A stretch of 64,000 nt of DNA from Patescibacteria group bacterium. GTDB taxonomy: Bacteria; Patescibacteriota; Microgenomatia; UBA1406. The position numbers were made by a program, and so were the translations under genes. Shown in pieces: positions 60,223 through 64,000 of this stretch. Below the pieces are notes generated by a model. That model was not told the origin of the DNA and did no database searches. It saw only the letters and a list, made by a program, of their open reading frames with translations. Position 1 is the first letter of the stretch, and every line of letters begins with the position of its first letter. The DNA lies in the NCBI GenBank assembly GCA_041665145.1, contig JBAYJK010000001.1, forward strand, positions 421,629-485,628, given 5' to 3'.

Positions 60223-61582
60223 TTTTATAACTTTCTGTTATCTGCTCGAATTGATGAGCAAGATCGAGCACTCTGCTCTCTTCAAACCACGGCGCCAAAA
60301 TCTGCATTCCTACCGGCAAGCCGTCACTCAACCCGATAGGCATATTGACGGCAGGGAGTCCGGCCATAGTCGACGGCTCAATAAGAACGTCCATAACTTC
60401 TCCGAACATCGGGTTTTTAGAAGGCTCCCCGTGCTTCAGTGCAGTAACCGGTGTCGTGGGTGCACAAATACAATCGACATCAGCAAATGCTTTTTTGAAG
60501 TCATTCATAATAAGCGTTCTGACCTTCTGAGCTTTAACGTAGAATGCGTCATAATATCCCACAGACAACGTAAATGCTCCAAACATCATGCGGCGCTTTG
60601 CTTCTGTTGCAAAACTGGTGCGTGGGAACCCATAGCGTATGCCGTCAAAACGTGCAAGATTGGAAGAGACTTCTGCTCGCTGAACGATTGTATACACAGA
60701 TATCGCGTATTTCGGGGGGAAAAGTTTAATTTTTTTGATGGTGTGCCCGTTTTTTTCTAACACTTTTACAGAATCGTTAAAAAGAGTAACTATGTTCTTG
60801 TCGACACCTTCCAAGTAGTCGTCTGATATGCCAATGGTCATCTTTTTACCTTCTTTCATATCGGATACGTAATTTGAAAGAGGTTTTGTACTGGTTGTGG
60901 CGTCGTATGTATCTTTACCTGCTATTACTGAAAGCAGAGTAGCTGCATCCTCCACCGTCTTAGCCATAGGTCCCGGACAGTCGAGGGAAGATCCCATTGC
61001 AATAACACCATAGCGCGATACGCGACCGTATGTTGGTTTCAATCCGACAATTCCGCACCAGGCGGCCGGCTGGCGAATAGATCCCGCAGTTTCGGAACCG
61101 ATGGCAAAGGGAGTAATTCCGGAAGCAACTGCCGCCGCAGACCCCCCCGAGGATCCGCCGGGAAGGCGTGATGTATCGTAAGGGTTATTTGTCGCACCAT
61201 AATCAGATGTTTCGGTGGAAGAACCATGCGCCCATGCATCCATATTTGTCTTTCCGAGAATTATCGCTCCGGCATCTTTGAGTTTTTTAATAACCGTTGC
61301 GTCATAAGGTGGAATGAAATTGTCCAGTAATTTGGCAGATGCTGTTGTTCGTAACCCGTCCGTACAAAAATTATCTTTTATAGCTATGGGAATTCCGGAT
61401 AATGGTTTATCAAACGTGGTTGTCTTTTTAGCAAGTTCCAAAGTGTGTTTATCATTAAACGTAACATATGCGTTCAATTCTTTGTTCCGTTTCTTGCTTT
61501 CTTCCAAATAAGCGGTAACCACTTCAAATGGCGTCTTTTGTTTCGTTTTATAGCTATTTAACAATTTAGCAATAGTTTCCAT
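60194..61582 (-). CDS. gatA: Glutamyl-tRNA(Gln) amidotransferase subunit A
   Basis: 462 aa with the amidase signature GGSSGGSAAAVASG and a Ser-cisSer-Lys pattern. Confidence 0.95.
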   Translation of the reverse strand: METIAKLLNSYKTKQKTPFEVVTAYLEESKKRNKELNAYVTFNDKHTLELAKKTTTFDKPLSGIPIAIKDNFCTDGLRTTASAKLLDNFIPPYDATVIKKLKDAGAIILGKTNMDAWAHGSSTETSDYGATNNPYDTSRLPGGSSGGSAAAVASGITPFAIGSETAGSIRQPAAWCGIVGLKPTYGRVSRYGVIAMGSSLDCPGPMAKTVEDAATLLSVIAGKDTYDATTSTKPLSNYVSDMKEGKKMTIGISDDYLEGVDKNIVTLFNDSVKVLEKNGHTIKKIKLFPPKYAISVYTIVQRAEVSSNLARFDGIRYGFPRTSFATEAKRRMMFGAFTLSVGYYDAFYVKAQKVRTLIMNDFKKAFADVDCICAPTTPVTALKHGEPSKNPMFGEVMDVLIEPSTMAGLPAVNMPIGLSDGLPVGMQILAPWFEESRVLDLAHQFEQITESYKIVPENFYEL

Positions 61583-61586
61583 AGTG

Positions 61587-61904
61587 TTATTTACCGTAAT
61601 TCATACCTTGTATTTTAAACAGTGTTTCTTTCTTATGAGGAGCGTTCTGTAAAGCTTTTTCCGTAGGCATGGTCCGTTCTCCGATTTTCTCCTCGTTGTA
61701 CCGGTTAACCAAACCCGTCGTCTGATAGGTGGGGTCTATTTTTGAGGTATCGAGCTCGTTGAGATTTTCGATATGTTTGAGAGTATCGGTAAGTTCCTGT
61801 GCAAATTTCTGTTTTTCTTCCTCAGTCAGCTGCAACTTTACCAAATCTGCAATATGACTAACGTCACTGATTGAAAGGGTTATATGGGCGGTTTTGCTTT
61901 TCAT
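61587..61904 (-). CDS. gatC: Asp/Glu-tRNA amidotransferase subunit C
   Basis: 105 aa. VSHIADLVKLQLTEEEKQKFAQELTDTLKHIENLNELDT is typical of GatC. It lies immediately upstream of gatA. Confidence 0.85.
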   Translation of the reverse strand: MKSKTAHITLSISDVSHIADLVKLQLTEEEKQKFAQELTDTLKHIENLNELDTSKIDPTYQTTGLVNRYNEEKIGERTMPTEKALQNAPHKKETLFKIQGMNYGK

Positions 61905-61951
61905 AAAACAGCCCCATTATATAGAATTTACGTCTTCTGGGCAAGGCGCGA

Positions 61952-62626
61952 TTATTTACTTCCCGCTAGAAAAGCACTAATCCGCGGATTAAACATGTGC
62001 CAAATCTTGTGGGGAGGTGCCTGGATCTGCAGTATGGGAATTGCAAAGAGATCATGAAGTTGTCCGTTTCGAGGGTCTTGATGATGTAATACAAGCGCCA
62101 CAGGGTTTTGAGGATGACCAACAAGCCTTCTTCCAAGCTGCATCCGTGTAAACGTATCAAATTCAAGTTGCTGAAGAAATAGAGTCACATCATGCAATTC
62201 GTACGTGTCAATGAGTTCGCTAAAATATTGTCGGAGAACTTCAAGAGCATGAGTGGCATGTATAATTTGGTTTTTTTGCGAAAAGCCGGAAGCGATTCCC
62301 ACTGGATCACGCTCACTAACTTCCCGAACACGGGTCACACCCGGATTAATAAGAATAGAATCATCATAACGATCGATAACTAAACACGGATTTCCCGCCT
62401 GCTGAATAGGGAGTAATTGATAGATAGACCGAGATCGGTCGAAAGGTACAATTGTCCGCTGAACGAATCCGTGTGAAGTGCCGATGGTGAATGGTTTTGC
62501 TGTGACAGCATATCCGAAAAAATCAACTAAGGGATCGGCTGACATATTTTCATACTCGGGACTGTTTACCGAGACACATTCTCTGCACATTCGCGCTAAT
62601 TCGTGCGGCATGACAATTTGAGACAT
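61952..62626 (-). CDS. Hypothetical protein, paralog of the adjacent 228-aa ORF
   Basis: 224 aa. The N-terminus (IVMPHELARM) and C-terminus (FNPRISAFLAG) align with the neighbour (ILPPKELVEL; FNPRVSGVVLG). No known motif was recognised. Confidence 0.55.
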   Translation of the reverse strand: MSQIVMPHELARMCRECVSVNSPEYENMSADPLVDFFGYAVTAKPFTIGTSHGFVQRTIVPFDRSRSIYQLLPIQQAGNPCLVIDRYDDSILINPGVTRVREVSERDPVGIASGFSQKNQIIHATHALEVLRQYFSELIDTYELHDVTLFLQQLEFDTFTRMQLGRRLVGHPQNPVALVLHHQDPRNGQLHDLFAIPILQIQAPPHKIWHMFNPRISAFLAGSK

Positions 62627-62627
62627 G

Positions 62628-63314
62628 TTATTCAGAAGAGCGTATTCCTAACACAACACCACTTACTCTCGGATTGAATGTAGGAGTTGAGTTTCTATCG
62701 CAGGCCTTTTTAATGCTCAGAAGCAATAGAAGACCATCAATTTGATGTGCCGCCGGCGTAGATTGTTCACGGGTGCGGATACTGACACATCGAACATCGT
62801 GCGCTTCAGGATAACCGGCAAGTAAATCGGCGAGCATAGCTTGCATTGAGGATGGGGGATTGAAACGTGCTTGCTCAACAATTGGTCGTCTACTTCCATT
62901 TCTCATATAGTATTTAGTGAGTAGGTTTACCAAAAAATGCAGATTGCGTCTGATTTGTTGAGTAAGATTACGCTCTAAATATTCAGCAGGAAGTGCCTGC
63001 ATAGGACCATTTATTTCACTATTTCGTGCTTGAGCTACAAAACCGAGATGTGTGGCAAAATCTAATATGCTTAAACCCGCTACATATTGTTGCAGATGAT
63101 CTGCCTTTGGTACGGCTACCTCCAGAGTCACCGTCGGAACTGACATAGGAGTTCCTCTGACCTCTGTTGGTGTGGTTGAGATAACTGGATGTCTGCCAAA
63201 AAAAGGCTCAAAAGCTTTCGGATATAGTCGTCCTTCTCCTTCGAACTCGACTCCCTGTCCAGTCCCTTCAAACAGTTCAACGAGTTCTTTTGGAGGTAGA
63301 ATTGTACACTTCAT
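62628..63314 (-). CDS. Hypothetical protein, paralog of the adjacent 224-aa ORF
   Basis: 228 aa. Its stop lies 1 nt before the next gene's ATG, and it has its own leaderless-type promoter. No known motif was recognised. Confidence 0.55.
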   Translation of the reverse strand: MKCTILPPKELVELFEGTGQGVEFEGEGRLYPKAFEPFFGRHPVISTTPTEVRGTPMSVPTVTLEVAVPKADHLQQYVAGLSILDFATHLGFVAQARNSEINGPMQALPAEYLERNLTQQIRRNLHFLVNLLTKYYMRNGSRRPIVEQARFNPPSSMQAMLADLLAGYPEAHDVRCVSIRTREQSTPAAHQIDGLLLLLSIKKACDRNSTPTFNPRVSGVVLGIRSSE

Positions 63315-63322
63315 AGAAGGCG

Positions 63323-63331
63323 ATTATAGCA
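63323..63331 (-). promoter_or_regulatory. Extended -10 (TGCTATAAT on minus strand) 8 nt before ATG 63314
   Basis: Minus strand reads TGCTATAAT-CGCCTTCT-ATG. No SD sequence is present. Confidence 0.45.
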
Positions 63332-63352
63332 CCAGAGCGACCAAGAAGGCAA

Positions 63353-64000
63353 CTAGATTCCGAATTTATCGAGTAGGTATGAGCGGTTTTTTTCTTCAAG
63401 CAAATCATCTATTGGCTTGATCTGAAAGTCTTTTTTATACTTAACTTCGAGAGCTTTTGAAATAAGAAAATCTGCTATAAATGGGTTTCTGGGAAGTATG
63501 GGGCCATGGCAATATGTGCCGATCGTATTCTTGTAGACAAGTCCTTCGGTTTGATCTTCGCGATTATTCCCGTTTCCTTTCAGAACAGAACCGATTGCCA
63601 TCTCTTTATTATCTAAATACGTTCTTCCACCATGATTTTCGAAACCGATCAAATACTTATTTGTTGGGGCGAAACTTGTTTCGCCCATGTACTCAGGCGA
63701 TTTAAAAATCGCCCCTACTAATTTTGAATTGGTAATTTCAACAACCAAATCACCGATAAGACGTGGTGCCTTGACATCTGATTGTTTGGTGTGAAAAGGA
63801 ATAATATTGGCACACTCGAGACGTACTCCATCGGCGGTTTCGTAATAATCGCCCAAGAATTGGTATGCCCCACACACATAAACACCAGGTATACCAAGCT
63901 CAATTTTATCTTGCAATGCTTTACGTTTATCACCGACAAGATTCCCGGCAACAATTTTTTGTTGCTTGTCTTCCGCTCCGCCCATCATAAAAAAATCACA
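63353..64000 (-). CDS. gatD: Glutamine amidotransferase GatD (lipid II isoglutaminyl synthase subunit, CobQ/CobB-type GATase); 5' end off window
   Basis: (FF)MMGGAEDKQQ..., VCGAYQFLGDYY, GFENHGGRTY and GTYCHGPILPRNP are collinear with the GatD partner of MurT as I recall it. The reading frame stays open to the window edge. Confidence 0.7.
   Translation of the reverse strand, partial: CDFFMMGGAEDKQQKIVAGNLVGDKRKALQDKIELGIPGVYVCGAYQFLGDYYETADGVRLECANIIPFHTKQSDVKAPRLIGDLVVEITNSKLVGAIFKSPEYMGETSFAPTNKYLIGFENHGGRTYLDNKEMAIGSVLKGNGNNREDQTEGLVYKNTIGTYCHGPILPRNPFIADFLISKALEVKYKKDFQIKPIDDLLEEKNRSYLLDKFGI

Overview
This 64-kb chromosomal window comes from a compact, moderately AT-rich bacterium. The gene content suggests a Patescibacteria/CPR (Microgenomates-like) genome, but that placement is inference only. 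Supporting signs are short HrcA, UvrC, HolA and ATP-synthase delta versions, an archaeal-type cupin PGI, a divergent enolase, Thr/Pro-linker surface proteins, and tightly packed or overlapping genes.

Backbone genes:
- hrcA-grpE-dnaK (minus strand)
- uvrB, uvrA and uvrC all within 10 kb
- secG, tRNA-Leu(GAG), comM
- dnaE running straight into a complete F1Fo ATP synthase operon (atpZ-like, B, E, F, H, A, G, D, C)
- pyrG, rplS, tRNA-Glu(UUC)
- a sugar-phosphate/glycolysis block (pmm, IMPase-like, cupin, cPGI, gap, pgk, ppsA, eno-like, pfkB)
- an alkD-like gene, gatCAB, and a partial gatD

Unusual content:
1. A ~700-bp ORF-free stretch (29840-30543) is packed with perfect hairpins and may be a large structured RNA of unknown class.
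2. A three-gene extracellular module (22410-29274) has two large enzymes sharing a dockerin-like tail next to a cohesin-like anchor protein.
3. A strongly GC-rich island (about 17335-19195) encodes a surface protein, followed by a sortase-like gene and an ECF sigma factor.
4. A 19-nt duplication of the tRNA-Leu 3' end lies 110 bp from the tRNA.
5. Degenerate 7-bp (once 8-bp) tandem-repeat arrays occur after many stop codons and in frame inside uvrA, uvrC, atpG and gatB.
6. Many first genes have a -10 box 6-10 nt before the ATG, which suggests leaderless mRNAs.
7. A GIY-YIG gene is bracketed by palindromic hairpin repeats.
8. Two tandem paralogous orphan genes sit between gatD and gatCAB.

No rRNA, CRISPR array, transposase or integrase gene was seen. 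All calls come from reading the sequence and ORF translations by eye; no database search was run.
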